A stretch of 62,137 bases of DNA, counting the filler. It is 23 parts of 23 records of this genome, joined end to end, with 100 filler letters (N's around TTAATTAATTAA, not from the genome) between each part and the next. Parts side by side here need not be neighbours in the genome. Positions count along the whole stretch, not along the records: positions 20,413 to 22,969 come from SRR16133337_20480; positions 23,070 to 25,746 come from SRR16133337_20629; positions 25,847 to 28,255 come from SRR16133337_20631; positions 28,356 to 30,361 come from SRR16133337_20698; positions 30,462 to 32,731 come from SRR16133337_20747; positions 32,832 to 35,356 come from SRR16133337_20839; positions 35,457 to 38,308 come from SRR16133337_20910; 16 more parts are not named here. The stretch is one strand, 5' to 3'. The notes beneath the pieces are model-generated. The model worked only from the letters and a program-made list of their open reading frames with translations, was not told the origin of the DNA and ran no database searches. The number at the start of each line of letters is the position of its first letter. Within the stretch, counting starts at the first letter, position 1. Both the position numbers and the translations under genes were made by a program. This document shows positions 22,866 to 36,571 of the stretch, piece by piece.

Positions 22866-22918
22866 TTAAACTTGATATTCCAATCTGGAATATCAATATA
22901 TCAAGATATCAAGTTTAA
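22866..22918. promoter_or_regulatory. Nested palindrome upstream of the ORF6N gene (putative operator)
   Basis: TTGATATTCCA-ATC-TGGAATATCAA (22872-22896); outer inverted repeat TTAAACTTGATAT (22866-22878) / ATATCAAGTTTAA (22906-22918). Confidence 0.6.
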
Positions 22919-25900
22919 GGTAGACACTTCAACAAGCTTTGTCGAAGGGTTTCCAACAAAAATAGCAAGNNNNNNNNNNNNNNNNNNNNNNNNNNNNNNN
23001 NNNNNNNNNNNNNTTAATTAATTAANNNNNNNNNNNNNNNNNNNNNNNNNNNNNNNNNNNNNNNNNNNNAGGACATTCAGAAATTTCATCGATCCATTGG
23101 CACTCTTCACGCCGATTACACACGCCTGGCATCTCAATGTTTTCGCATGGAAATGGGCCATTACACCCTTCACTGCATTCTAAAAAGATGAATTTTAAAA
23201 TCAAAAACTAATAATCTGCAACATCCATAATTTTAAACTATCGGATTAGTTACAGTTGTGTCAAGCATTTTGGAAGAAAAGCAGTCTTGGTTTTGAACAA
23301 AAAAATAAAGAATAAATTCTTTTCATTTTTTGGTAGTTGCGTGTGGGTGTGTGGGTACAAAACACATGCTGATAGAATTGTTTTCTCGAATCTAACATGT
23401 AGTGCCAAAAAGGATCCATAACAAATGTCATTTCCCCACATTATAACGTATTCAATTTTTGCTGTGTTTCAGATTTTTGAGAGCACACAAAATAGTACTA
23501 CCCCAAAGGGCAGGAGTTCGGAAAGGTGGCGAAAATAGAGTGGTCACGAATCCATTTTTGGCGCCTAACGTGAGAAATGCCGGATGTTTCCCTTATCAGT
23601 GCGGAACGCAGTGTATTTTTTCCACTCACAGAAGTAATTCAAAATGAATATCTCATTTTGAAAACCGCTTTGTATAGCGTATGAATTAATTTAGAAATTT
23701 CATAACTGATTTTCGGAGATAACGAAATGACACATACGTCATTTTTGTCAAAACTTAGCTTTTTGTCAAAACTTAGCTTTTTGTCTTGACAATTAATTGT
23801 TTAACAATACAACCTTGTGATGGGTCTTCTTCCTCTCCTCCAATTTCTTCTTCTGATTCTTCGGTTTCTTCTGATTGTTCAAGTTCTTCTTCCGTTTCTT
23901 CTTCATCGCCTTAACAAAAACCAACACAACATAATCAAAATATACGCTCTTCCTAAATATTCAAACGCACGAATTATTACTCGACTTACCAAAATCATTA
24001 AAAAATTCACAATGGAATTAAAATTAAATTTACGCGTTATTTTCCATTTTCTATATGAACCCTGGTGTTAACTGGACTTTTAATATTTGATATCATCGGC
24101 CATTACCCCCAAGCCAAGTATGTACAATTGTCATCACAAATTCTCTTTATGTATTACTATTTTCTGAACTACACGTAACTTGAGTGTAGCAAATAGGTTC
24201 ATACATGTAGTCAAACCAAAAACAAAGCTGGTATACTTACATCGCCAATTACATTCGTTGCGTTCGTCACATACACTTTCTTGTAAAATTCCTGCGCACT
24301 GTAAATGGGTTTGCCCCGGTCCACCCACGGCGACACAGCATCGTTGCCCTATAACAACAAAAGTCGAAAACCAATCATTTTTAAAATCATGTACCGTAAA
24401 CATTCGAGTCGTGGATCGACTAAAGCATTTTTTCGCTTTGCCGAAGTTAGGGAGTGGTGGATTGGTTGGTATGTGAGGATAAGTGAGTGTGGTGTTAAAG
24501 TGGTGTTGTGTTAGGTGGTGAGGAGAGGTGGTGTGAGTGGGTCCTGTGACCCGAGGAGGCCATACAATTCGAATGATTTGAGAAGAAAGATAATATCAAA
24601 AAAGTTCTAAACATGTGGTCGCATTAACTGAAACACCGCATTAACTGGTTCAAACAATAAGAAAAGTAATGACTTACCAAACTTATTAAATTGCGATGTT
24701 AAAAATAACATACAAAAATATGTCAAAAACAGGAACTACAACTCTAGAATGTGATGTGGGCTACAACATGGACGATTTTGCTATACATTTGGAAACTCGT
24801 GTTTGAACTGGAACATAATATTATGTTTGTAAAAAAATCTATTGGGTTCCTTGACAAAAAAATTATAATGACATCAAAATACCTAAAACCAATCAAACAT
24901 TCGTTGCAATTTGTGTGGAAGGTTATTAAAAGTTTTAAAGTATGTAACTTGTGCGAGTTTTCAATATCATTAAGCAATTTCAACAAAACTAAGTGTGTAG
25001 TTTTATTGTATTCAATTTGCTATGTATATATGGAGACCGTTTTCGCCACATGCCCAAATTTCACCAGGGTTGAAAATATCACGTTTTGGGAGAAATTGAC
25101 GTAAAATACACGTTTAGGACCCGAAAGTGTGTACTGGTTTGAGTTTCTGAAAGAAAGTGTATCTGTGACAATAAAAGAAGCAAAACTATTAATTTTCCAT
25201 ACACATTTTCAATTAATTTTGTTACTTTCTGTTTGATTGAGGGTGGTGGTTTTTGGTAGGTACGTGTACGAAAGCCCGTCATTGAGTCAAAGTTTGACAC
25301 AATGCGATCTAAGTGTTTCGAAACTTGTTTGTTTCTACAATTCAACAACTGCAAAGTAAAGTAGAATTGTGAGTTTTGAAATTTGTGTGAATATCGTACA
25401 TAAAAATAATTTTTTTTCTTGAAAACAAACAAATGATTTCTTTTTGTTCTTTTTTGAAAAAAAACGGACATTACCTTGTGGAGGATTTGGCGGCCTCCTA
25501 CCTCCTTGCTGTGGCTCCTTGTCGTCACCCAAATCACTTGTACCGCCAACACCCCCAGACGTGATAACACTCCCGCCTCTTCCTGTGTCTTGAGTCAAAT
25601 CTGAACTGCCTGAGGGAAGGGACACCGACCCACTGCCTAAATGAAATACAAATTCACTAGTTGTGGCTTTGGGAGTCACAAACGGTGCTTTTCTAAATGT
25701 AGAAAATAATGCGAGGATCAGTCATCAACAGACCAAACCAGACTTTNNNNNNNNNNNNNNNNNNNNNNNNNNNNNNNNNNNNNNNNNNNNTTAATTAATT
25801 AANNNNNNNNNNNNNNNNNNNNNNNNNNNNNNNNNNNNNNNNNNNNAAATGCAACATATTTCAAATAGGCCAAACAGCTAACCTCAAATGCAATTTTTCT

Positions 25901-28900
25901 TATCTAAAATCATTTTTTTGACATCATATCTCTTTGAATCGTTTAGTGTTCTTTTTACCAACGGACTCTCAATGATTTTCCTCGGACGAGAAAAACCCTA
26001 AAGCGTTGCACACCCTTGGACAAAGTGCTTGTTCGCTGTAGTGCAAATTTGCTTTTAGAGATAACGAGACATGTGTAACTGTGCGAAGTTCACGCTTTTT
26101 GCCACAATATATTTGCCACAATATATTTGACTCACATTCAAATATAGTGTTTATCATTCCAAACGTTAAAGTAAACAACTGAGATAAATTTCCTCTATGT
26201 GACTTGAACATACAATATTTGCAAATTTTTGAGTCTTTCCAGCTGACGAGGAATAACTCTTTCAATGTTGTTCCCGTCAAGTCGCCTATTTACAAAGACA
26301 GAATATACGAGTTTTTTTAATTACTCATAAGGAAAGAGCGTGATTAAAAAAGAGCGTCACAAAATAAGCCGGGTTTCGACTTTCGGTGTAGTTCACCTAG
26401 TTCAATAATATGAGAAATTATGCTTTTTGTAATAAACAATGAATTACAAGTGATAAAAGAGACGGAATTATATTGGGAGAAGCAACCTTAAAAGTATTAA
26501 AAAAACACAACGATTTGTCTAAATTTGAAATCAAAATGTTTATATTATTTACAGTATGCAAAATAATGACTGAGATGGCTTCAATCACTTCATTTCCGTT
26601 ATACTGTTTCTTGAAGTATTCAAAAACTCAGGACTTATATTTTTCATCACATTGTATCCTAGAATCTTGCTTTACGAGGGAGTCGTAAAATTCTGCTGTG
26701 ATTTCAATTTCAACTCTTGTGACATTCTTCGAAAGTGTAGCGCAGTTTGTAAAATTAACAACGGAGTAACAAAACAAAGTCACAGATATTACTTCTCTCA
26801 CTTTGTTTTCCGAAAAAAAATATTCATATCATACTGCATGTGTCTGTTGTAGCGACTTTTTGGGATAGAACACAGCCTTTTATGTTTTAATGAATGAGCA
26901 TGTGGCCAAACAGATTGGGTTAATATCAAAAATTTTACACAAAAAAAGAATTGTAAAATACATACAATTCCTTCAGCTGAGACAAGCGCGCAAGTTCTGG
27001 TGGTATACCTCCGGAGAGATTGTTAGAGGATAAGACTCTAAAAAATTGCAAGGACAACACTGCTGAGATATAAATTCACGTGACCGTTATTATTTTTAAA
27101 ATTGTTTTGTAGTTGTGAGATGAAAAAATCACCCAGAGAAAACAATTTCAATTTCAAAAAGACCATCTCACACCAACTATCGCAAGCCGATTTCCGCCAC
27201 ACAGACTAGCGATATTTTATTGCTTTCATTTGTCCTTTCATTTGTCTGAAAATGCAGGAATCCATAAAAACATTATGTTAAACGTTATAAATTTGTTTGT
27301 TCTGAAAAACAAAAACGTGAAAAAAAAACAACTCTTACGACAACCATAAATATTCTTTACAATATTATTTTCAAACGTACAAGTATTCCAGTCGAAGCAG
27401 TAGAGCAAATTCAGTTGGGATCGTGCCAGAAATATCGTTGTCAGAACAAGAACTAAATATAACACAAAATACATGTCAATTTTAGCAGAACTATTATTCA
27501 TATCTTTGTGTTGTAACGTTTAATAGCTTCATTGTGCATGCGATATCATGCTAAGCACTATATTTTTGTGAACAAAAAAGAAATTACATAAATTATATTT
27601 TTTAAATTTCAGGTCCAGCAAGTGTAAAACAAAAACCAAATTGTTTTTTGTTGAGACAATAAGAAAACTTTTACACAAACTTCATGTTAATTGTACAAAG
27701 AAATTTATCTTTTTTTAAATGCTAGAAATAATTTGAAAACGTAAGGTTTTTTCAGGATTTTGCGTTTTATATGGAAAGGAAGCGACAAAAGTATTCGAAA
27801 CTTTCAATAAAAAGTCAAACATTGCTTGTCAGAGAATGAATAAAATTATCTTGAAAACCCACACACTTTTTGAAAAACAACACTGTGAAACTGAACTAAA
27901 ATAAACATGCCTACACAAAGAAGTCATTTGATATTTCAAAGTCTTTGCGACTCACGAAACATTTGAAAAAGTTGTTGCCAATAAAAATTAAAGTGCAAAA
28001 TAGCTCTTGTAAAGTTTTACAATGATATGAGTTCATACCAACAACACCAGTACAAGTGTTACAAATTCAATCACGAACCAGTGAAATAAACTATGCTTTG
28101 CCATTTAGCATATCAAAATATTATTCTCTGAAAATCTAGTGTTTTTTGAGAACCTAGGAGGTTCTTTCTGAGCACATGAGAAACCCGCGGGTTCCAAATA
28201 TGATCAGTAGAACAAAATTAATGTAATACCTGTTTCCCTTTGTACCACCAAAAAGNNNNNNNNNNNNNNNNNNNNNNNNNNNNNNNNNNNNNNNNNNNNT
28301 TAATTAATTAANNNNNNNNNNNNNNNNNNNNNNNNNNNNNNNNNNNNNNNNNNNNTCCCATTCCATAGTTTGACCCTCCACTAACCAAAGTAGACAAAAA
28401 TTAATAAGAAAATGTAAAATAAATAGTATAAAATAAAATAAAAGAAAGTGCTAGCATAAATATTTAAATGGACAACATACATATTAAAATGGATATTGTC
28501 ACATTGCATTTGTGGCAACAATGTCTCCATACTATGTGTCCAAATGTTTGGGGGGGTTTTCAAAATTTGGCCCAGTGCCACCTGGTAGTTTGGCAGACGG
28601 CTAATTATGTTTTCTAATATTTAAAATTTTAAAACTTTAGTGTCAATTTTGGCTCCTCGTACCAAAACAACATGTGGTTATGAAATTTCATTGCTGATAA
28701 TTGCTGGACGAGGTGCTGCCATTTCCAACAAAAAGAGAAAAGTTTGTGGTCAATTCTATCCAAAGCGAAAGTGAGGATAGATTAGTACACTCCCGTTGCA
28801 TGTTCCAATATTCTTATTGCATGCCGGTACACGCCATCCGAATGCTGACACATTGCGTAGAAATGTGGTCACATAAACTTAGAATGGCACATGCATTCTG

Positions 28901-28922
28901 AATGTAGACGTATGTCTTAGCA

Positions 28923-29055
28923 ATGTGCAGACACTCTAATAATATGTGTGCACATTCGAATAGTATGTGTGCACATTCTGAAAGTATGTATGTACATTCT
29001 AATAGTATGTATGCATATTCTAATAGTATGTGTGCATATTCTGATAGTATGTGTG
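28923..29055. repeat. 21-bp minisatellite, about 6 copies (consensus about ATGTGTGCACATTCTAATAGT)
   Basis: Direct tandem periodicity; explains the spurious ECAHILL/MCAHSNS ORFs. Confidence 0.9.
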
Positions 29056-30090
29056 TTAAACCCCAAACATTGACATCCAAAAGGGCAAACCAACGGCTCG
29101 CGCATGCACACAAACCCTCGGTAAACACATTCGTGAAGGTTAAAAAGTTCTACCAAGAATGTAGATCACTCAAAAAACGAAAACTCACATGCAAAATTTC
29201 ACCATTTTAGCAACAAAATTGTCCGAAAGTCCGGGTTAAACCCCAACTATTGACATCCAAAAGTTAGTCTAAAATTTTGGGTATTTATAAAAAATGCAAA
29301 CTGACGGATCGCGTATGAACCCGGACCCTTGGAAGACACATTCGTGAATGTTAAAAAGTCCAGCTCAAAATTTAAGTCACTCAAAAAACCAAACCAACAT
29401 GCATAATTTCGCCATTTTACCTAAAAATTATCCCAAAGTTCAGGTTAAATTCCAAATATTAACAACCAAAAGTTAGTCTTAAATTTTGGGTATTTATAGA
29501 AACTGCAAACTAATGGCTGGCGCACGCATACAAACCACCAGAAAACACATTCCTGAAGGTTAAGAAGTACTACTCAAAATTTAAATCACTCCAAAAGCCA
29601 GTAACAACATGCGAAATTTCGCCATGTTACAAAAAATTAATCCGAAAGTCCGGGCTAAACTCCCGACATTGGCAGCCAAATGTTGGTCTAAAATTTAGGG
29701 TATTTATAAAAAAATGCCAATTAATGGCTCGCGCATGCACACAAAGCCTTGGAAAACACATTCGTGAAGTTTAACATGTTCGACTCAAAATTAAAGTACC
29801 TCAAAAAAACCAAACCAATATGCAAGATTTCGCCATTCTACCTAAAAGTTATCCCAAAGTTCAGGTTAAATTCTAAACATTAACGTCCAAAAGTTAGGTT
29901 AAAATTTATGGTATTTATAACAATTGCAAACTAATGGCTGGCACATGCACACAAGCCCTTGGAAAACACAGTCGTTGCTGTTAAAAACTGCTGCTCAAAA
30001 TTTAAGACATTCAAAAACCAAAACTGACATGCGGAATTTCGCAATTTTACCACAAAAAAAAACATTCTAAAGTCCGGGACTAAAAAATAG
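29056..30090. repeat. About 210-bp tandem satellite, about 5 diverged units
   Basis: Recurring landmarks (CACATTCGTGAA, ACATGC..AATTTC, AAAGTYCRGG.TAAA) spaced about 210 nt apart. Confidence 0.9.
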
Positions 30091-31827
30091 TTACGGGCGG
30101 CAAAGTTATAATCGATTAACTCCGTCGTACTTTTAGCTAAAATAAACATTTCAAACACAAAAATCATGCAACAAAATATGCTAAACATGTCCTTAAGAGT
30201 TTTGCCTGGTTAATTCTTGGGACTAATTAAGTCACATATTTCAGCGGCAAGTGGAAAAAACATTCAAGACTCATTCAACGACATCTTCTAGTAACATTCA
30301 AAACACTCTTAGGACGCTTGCAACAACAGTTTTAATCGCGCAGTCATATGCGTGCCAGACTNNNNNNNNNNNNNNNNNNNNNNNNNNNNNNNNNNNNNNN
30401 NNNNNTTAATTAATTAANNNNNNNNNNNNNNNNNNNNNNNNNNNNNNNNNNNNNNNNNNNNAAAAATACTTACATTGCAATTCTGTCCGCATATGGAATT
30501 TTAGGCCTTTCATATTTTCCGCATGTTAGTGTTTTTAATATTTTCGCTGCGCTGAGCCATTTTGCGGTGCCTGTCGATTTTTTTGCGTAATTTGCAATTT
30601 TTGTTCCTATTCCAGAAAACAGAGACCAAAACATAACAGCTGCAACTGCGAGCCAAAAAGAAAGTTCCCAAAAATGGAGTCCAAATTTCAAAAGAAAGAA
30701 GTCCATCACTTCAATAAAATCTGCTTTCATGTGTTCGTACTCCGAACGACTTTCCTAAAGACATATCAAATTTTTCCGTTAAATATTATTTACATAAATC
30801 CAAATTTTTTGACAAAAATACAAAAACAAATCATTTGAAAATTTAAGTCCGAAAGGCAACGTCACCACAGTTTTTGAAGTCTGAATATTTCATTCACCAC
30901 AATTTAACGTTACAAAATTGTGGTCATAAATTAATTGAGTGGAAAATTGTGGATATTATTTAACAAGCAAAACCAAAAACCAAATGGCAATGTGTATGAT
31001 AAGTTTTCAACATGATTAGCCTGGGGTTTGGCAATTGCAAAAATCCTTGATATGCAATTGTTCTTGTTTTTGCATTTTTAGCACAAACAAAAACCTCTAC
31101 CCGTGTTGTCGTACAATCGAAATATGTAACATTCAAACATATTACGTCTTGCGGATACCACAAAATCTAAACATACCACATCAGGCAGTTCTGGTAAAAT
31201 ATCTAAAATCAATGCAATGAGCTGAAACAAAGTGATAGAAAGTGCCGACAAACAGATGACATTTTCAATTTTCCAGACGTGAACTTTTCGATGTTTTTCA
31301 AATTCGTCAATTTGGGCCCACTCATTGTCATATTGTACGATAAACATCCACGGAAATAATACAACAACTAGGCCCATGAAAAATATCATAACATGTATCC
31401 ACATATCCTCTGATGGTTGTTGTCGTGAGGACGAAAAATAAAAAGCCCAAATTGTTAGCGTAATAAATCCAATCATAGAAAGTCTGGCAAGTGTTTTGCC
31501 CCATAATTCGCCTAAACATGTATCGCGCATAGGATTTAATACACAAAAACAACAATTTAGCGAAAAGTTCGTTTTTTGGTATACCAAAACTATCATGGAC
31601 AGCTTTTTCAAATTCAAATCCATTTATTTCTTTGATTGGTAGTATGTACATATTAAGATATTAAACTCAAAAATATTCTATCAATTCGTTAAAATTCGCA
31701 GTTTCAAAAATATTGATTATCGTAAAGAATAAAAAGTTTTGGCAGCGCAAATATTTTATGTATTGACATATTTTCTTATTTAGCTTATGATTAATATTTC
31801 ACCCTGTTTTTAGGAAAATCCATTTAC

Positions 31828-32172
31828 TTAAGGATGGTACGGGTCCAAGTCCTGAGTCCCCGTGGGATCCGGTTCGCATTTAAAAGACCCAGCGGACTCG
31901 GTTCCCGAGCTTGTGAATGTACTGATACAAGAAAGACAATCATACTATAAAATAAAATGTAATTCAATAAATTTTTCCAACGATGTTTATTTTTCATTAT
32001 TCGATAACACTTTATCTTTTTCATTGTTTTCTTGCTCATTTCTTTTGATTTTGTATAAAATTGGTTCGAGTCTAATAAGGTCCATGGGTATAGGATATGG
32101 ATCATAAGATTACATGATGAACACCCAGGTCCACGATTTTTTGACTCGGGTCCGGACCCGTACCCTCCCTAA
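31828..32172. mobile_element. Putative MITE with imperfect ~30-bp terminal inverted repeats
   Basis: Left TTAAGGATGGTACGGGTCC..GAGTC versus reverse complement of right TTAGGGAGGGTACGGGTCC..GAGTC; GC-rich ends around an AT-rich core; no clear TSD. Confidence 0.5.
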
Positions 32173-33558
32173 TATACGACTCCCAGAATAGAACACGCCT
32201 TGGTATCCTTCAAAAAGTAAAAATTGCTTGCAATACAAGTTTCTAGTACTACAAAGACATTTAAAATATTTTACAGTGCTGCTAATTAATTTTTTGCCTG
32301 AACAAAATACAAAAATTACATACCAATACGCGAGCCGATTGTCCGAAAAGAAGACAGCGGAAAAAGAGGAATATAAAAAATGAAAAGTATGAGGCCCCAA
32401 AACATTTGTTTTTTCGCTTGATGATAATGTTCGGGTCCCATCTTTACGCCCTTTGCAAGAGTGAGAAGGTCTCTGTTTTTTTCGCTTGCCTTTCGAGTGA
32501 TATTTAGGCCGAGCATCTTTGATGTTGTGTTGTTCTTGTGTTAAGTTTTGTAGAAATCTAAAAATATGATGAACGATTTAGTTTATTTAAAAATCATATT
32601 TTCTTGTATGGAATGGTGAATTTTTAATAAACTAAAGATTCTTTACTTCCTGAGAGAATGGAACTGAAAGAGCACATTGATTTATTACACGAGCGTTTGA
32701 ATTTTTGTAAAATAAAAGTAAATAAAGGTAANNNNNNNNNNNNNNNNNNNNNNNNNNNNNNNNNNNNNNNNNNNNTTAATTAATTAANNNNNNNNNNNNN
32801 NNNNNNNNNNNNNNNNNNNNNNNNNNNNNNNTTTTCAAAAACACCACTTTTTTATTTGATGATCACCGAAAACTCGTCTATAGGAGTGTGTGGGGTGGGT
32901 GTTAGTTCTTACTCCCATAGCCCTTTACCGTTTGTTTGTTTTAACACAAATAATTGCGACGCTTTCAAATGTTTTAGTTCTTTCCAACGATAACATATTT
33001 TCGACAACTTGAAAACAAAAACAACTGAGCGGTGCTATCGATGTATGTTGAAAAGCCTCACATTAACAAAACTAATTCTGACAGCGGCCACTTCTCACGT
33101 GTCCTTTCGATTTTGAAATGGGTAACAAGCAGGTTAAACATTTTTTCATCTAATCCAATTTTCATTTTCATCTCACATACATACAGTATTTTGTGAAATT
33201 AGTGAAAATTTGTTTGTATCTTGGACTTTGTACACGCGAAAAATGATTTTGGTTTGCATAAAAATAATTGTGCCATGTTGCATTGATTTTTTATAGACAA
33301 AAAAATGTGAAGTGATGTTTTCACATTGAACTGCCATTTGTGAAATTTTGAATATCGTTTTCGCATTTTTTAAAGCAATATTGCCATTGCATTTTCAAGA
33401 CGTAACCTACCCCGTACAGTACCCGATACACACCACCCACACAACATACATTCGGTTTTTGAAAAACAATGACCCTTGGAAGTGGATGGAATGGGTGTTA
33501 TTAATTCATATGGTGTATACCTCAACAAATAAAACACCACACGAGCAGCAGTAACTAC

Positions 33559-34901
33559 CTGAGGGATATAGAGAAAATGCCATTGCTACAGCACTCTGAA
33601 GAGGCCTCGGATTTAGAGAAGATGCGACAACATTTATTTCATTCTGATCAAAAGTGTTCGACAATAGTCGCTCCTCTACAATATATTTTTGACGTAAATA
33701 CTTACCAAGAGCTTGCATTTCTTCAACACCTAAAGCAACAAAATTATTTATATAACGAGAATCAAATGCCGCGGCCCCGTCGTTTTTGTAAAGTCAGTGT
33801 TTTTGCCGTCTCAATTTCGTTTTTCGAAGCAATTTTACATTGTAGTTTTTAGCCAGTAATGTTTTCATTTGATTGTGTTATTTTGTATGTGTGTTAAACT
33901 CTCTCGCCCCGCCAACTGCTCTTCCTCTGTGAAATCGGCAACCCCCCTTCCCTTTCAGTCATGCTACTCTCCCCTGCTAATTACATTTGATGTTTAATTC
34001 GAGTTCTATAGATTCTTGGGTCTTGAGTATTGTACTGTACGAACGAAGAAAATGGTCTCTTCATTATATCCAAGAAACAAAATTGAAAAAGATCCAAGCC
34101 CCTTATGAATTAATTAATTCAGTTCGTTGGTTTACTAAAGATCACAGTGAAGTAAAAATACACTCATTTCCATTTTACCCATACTAAATTGAAACAAAGC
34201 AAAAATGTTTCAAATAAATGATGAGAGAAAAGCAGTCGTCACTGCACGGTTTTTTAGGTTTTTCAATCCAAAAATAAATATTTTGAAAAAAACCGTTTAC
34301 CTAATGAAGTGAGATCCCCATTTCGGCCATATTGTTCCCAAACCGCTGCATTTCTTGGATCAACGGAGTCAGGAACCTACACAACAGCATTCAGAAATGT
34401 GTGGAGCTTCATGTTGAGATGTCAAAATACAAAAAAGTAAGAATTTAAACGAAAAATAATAATTTTGGACAGCGACATTGGACGTTTGATTATCAACACC
34501 GATGACTTTTAGTATATTGGGTACTTCACAGAACATTTTCACCATACATGTTAGCCTAAGTTGCTCTAAGATACTCTACAGCCCATGACCCACATCACAT
34601 TTGTCAAGAAAGTTACGCTTGACGAATACAAGAACTCAATGTTTTTTTAATACCCAGTGAAATGTCAATTTTGAACTTCCGCCACGTGTAAAAAGTGGTC
34701 GTGGTGTGGTTTGCCCATCTCATCAACGGCCGATTTTCACCTGACAAAAAACAACACCTTCGAGCCGTGTCGATGCACAAGTTGAATTCCTAACAACTCT
34801 CCCTGCTTCACACGGGCATCCGTCTCATGAGGCCCGGACGCAGAAACAGCACCCACGAATACAATCAAAGTGCAGCAAAGGTGAAATACTCTCATATACA
34901 T
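33559..34901 (-). CDS. Secreted/lysosomal histidine acid phosphatase, 5' part; exons 34901-34758, 34376-34301, 33729-33559
   Basis: Signal peptide, LVHRHGSK|VP, GDLTSL|GVEEMQALGKYLRQKY, and RPLQSA...SLYP; GT-AG junctions keep the frame. Confidence 0.88.
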
Positions 34902-36571
34902 ATGTCTGAATTATCGGCGTGTGGTGTTACCGAAGCCAACTAGCTCACTACGGACTTAGCTCTATAAGTTTGTCCCCTGCGGCCTTAAAAACGGAGTGAA
35001 ATGGCATCTGAAAACGGTACACCACCATTCACCTCTGTTTTAACTTTCGGTTCGCTATCTTTGTTACATTTGTGAAAATAGTTTCCTTTTGTCACACCCC
35101 GCTCTGCACCTTTCCATGATTGAGTTTCATTAGATCACACAGACCTAAATTTTCATGCTGAAATTTCATGAAAATTGTAGCGTCCTATTTTACCAATTAG
35201 CATGATGTAAACGAAAATTAGTACCGGCCACTCTCAATAAATTAATGAAAACCCACGCGAATTCGAAAAAGGATGGGCGGGACGGGACAATGTCAATATC
35301 CCAAATTTTAGTCGTATGATCTTTTTGTGGGTTTCGATTTTGAAATTTGACATGTANNNNNNNNNNNNNNNNNNNNNNNNNNNNNNNNNNNNNNNNNNNN
35401 TTAATTAATTAANNNNNNNNNNNNNNNNNNNNNNNNNNNNNNNNNNNNNNNNNNNNTATGAAAGTGAAAAAATACTTAATTTCAAAATTTGGAAGGGATG
35501 GGTGGATGTGTGGGGGAGTTTACTTTACGAGGTTTTCAATTTCCAAAATTTTCCATTTTGGAAAGGGAGTGTGGGTTTATTGAAGGGTTTTTTAATAATT
35601 AATATAACCTGTGCATTAAACTCTAGATATATCTATCGCAAATTTGTGCTCCCACGACACAAGCTGATAGAAAAACGTGTGGAATGAACATTCTCGTTCA
35701 AAACCGTGGGAGAAACGCAAAACGTACAATAGTTGAGGAACCATCATGATATGTTGATGCTTTTGTTTTAATTCCACCACGATTAGAAATATGTGGTCCT
35801 GGTGCACAAACTTTCCCGTTTGTTCGCCATGATGTTTTAACGAGAGGCGGCGGCGGAGGAACTGCGGGACGCGAATTTAAATGTTGAGTCTACAAAAGCA
35901 ATAAAAAACATCAACAAATACATTTGTACAAGCACTACAACACCAACTAACAAAAATTTCACATTTTTGTTTTCATGTGATTGAAAGTACTAAACAAGAA
36001 CTCTTTTTCGTGAGAAGTTTTGGTATTCAATAAATTTGTGATACGACTGCACAATATCACTACAACATGCAAAAATTGCGTTCTCGCAAAACGATTTCAC
36101 AAACAATCCATCATACAAAACACACATCAGCACACCTGTTTCTCGATAAAATACAACTTCAAAACTCCCAATAGAACATATTTCAATTTTCATCACACAT
36201 GTATTTATATGGATCATAGCGATTTTACAAAAAGTAATAAGGACACCTCACACATTTCGTGTTCTTGGGATATACACGTCAATCAAATTTGCGGGTGTTC
36301 ACACGTTGTAGTGAAATTAAATCATACTTGCAAAATATTCACAAATATTTTTTTATTCTTCTGCATCTAAGCCTATAACCAGAGTTTTCAATTCAAAAAT
36401 TAAGAACAAAAATGCCCCAGTCAAATACCTCAAGGTAGTAAACTCAATATGAATTTTCAAAAAAGTATAATGGGTTTACGACCTCAAAACACTGTTCCAT
36501 AAATTCCAAATTGACAAAAAACAGTTTCATATTTCATGTCAAACAATTATATTTTCGTGTTCTCTTTCCAG

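Noticed and set aside
23070-28255. Short ORFs and possible exons in two eukaryotic contigs (Cys-rich 23070-23180, Gly/Pro-rich 25475-25690)
   Set aside because: Probably real exon fragments, but too short to assign a product
28814-29210. Repetitive ORFs (ECAHILL / MCAHSNS)
   Set aside because: By-products of the 21-bp minisatellite, open on both strands
30470-31623. Hydrophobic minus-strand ORFs of 86 and 181 aa
   Set aside because: Plausible exons of a eukaryotic membrane protein, but I recognise no family motif and cannot fix the boundaries, so they are not called
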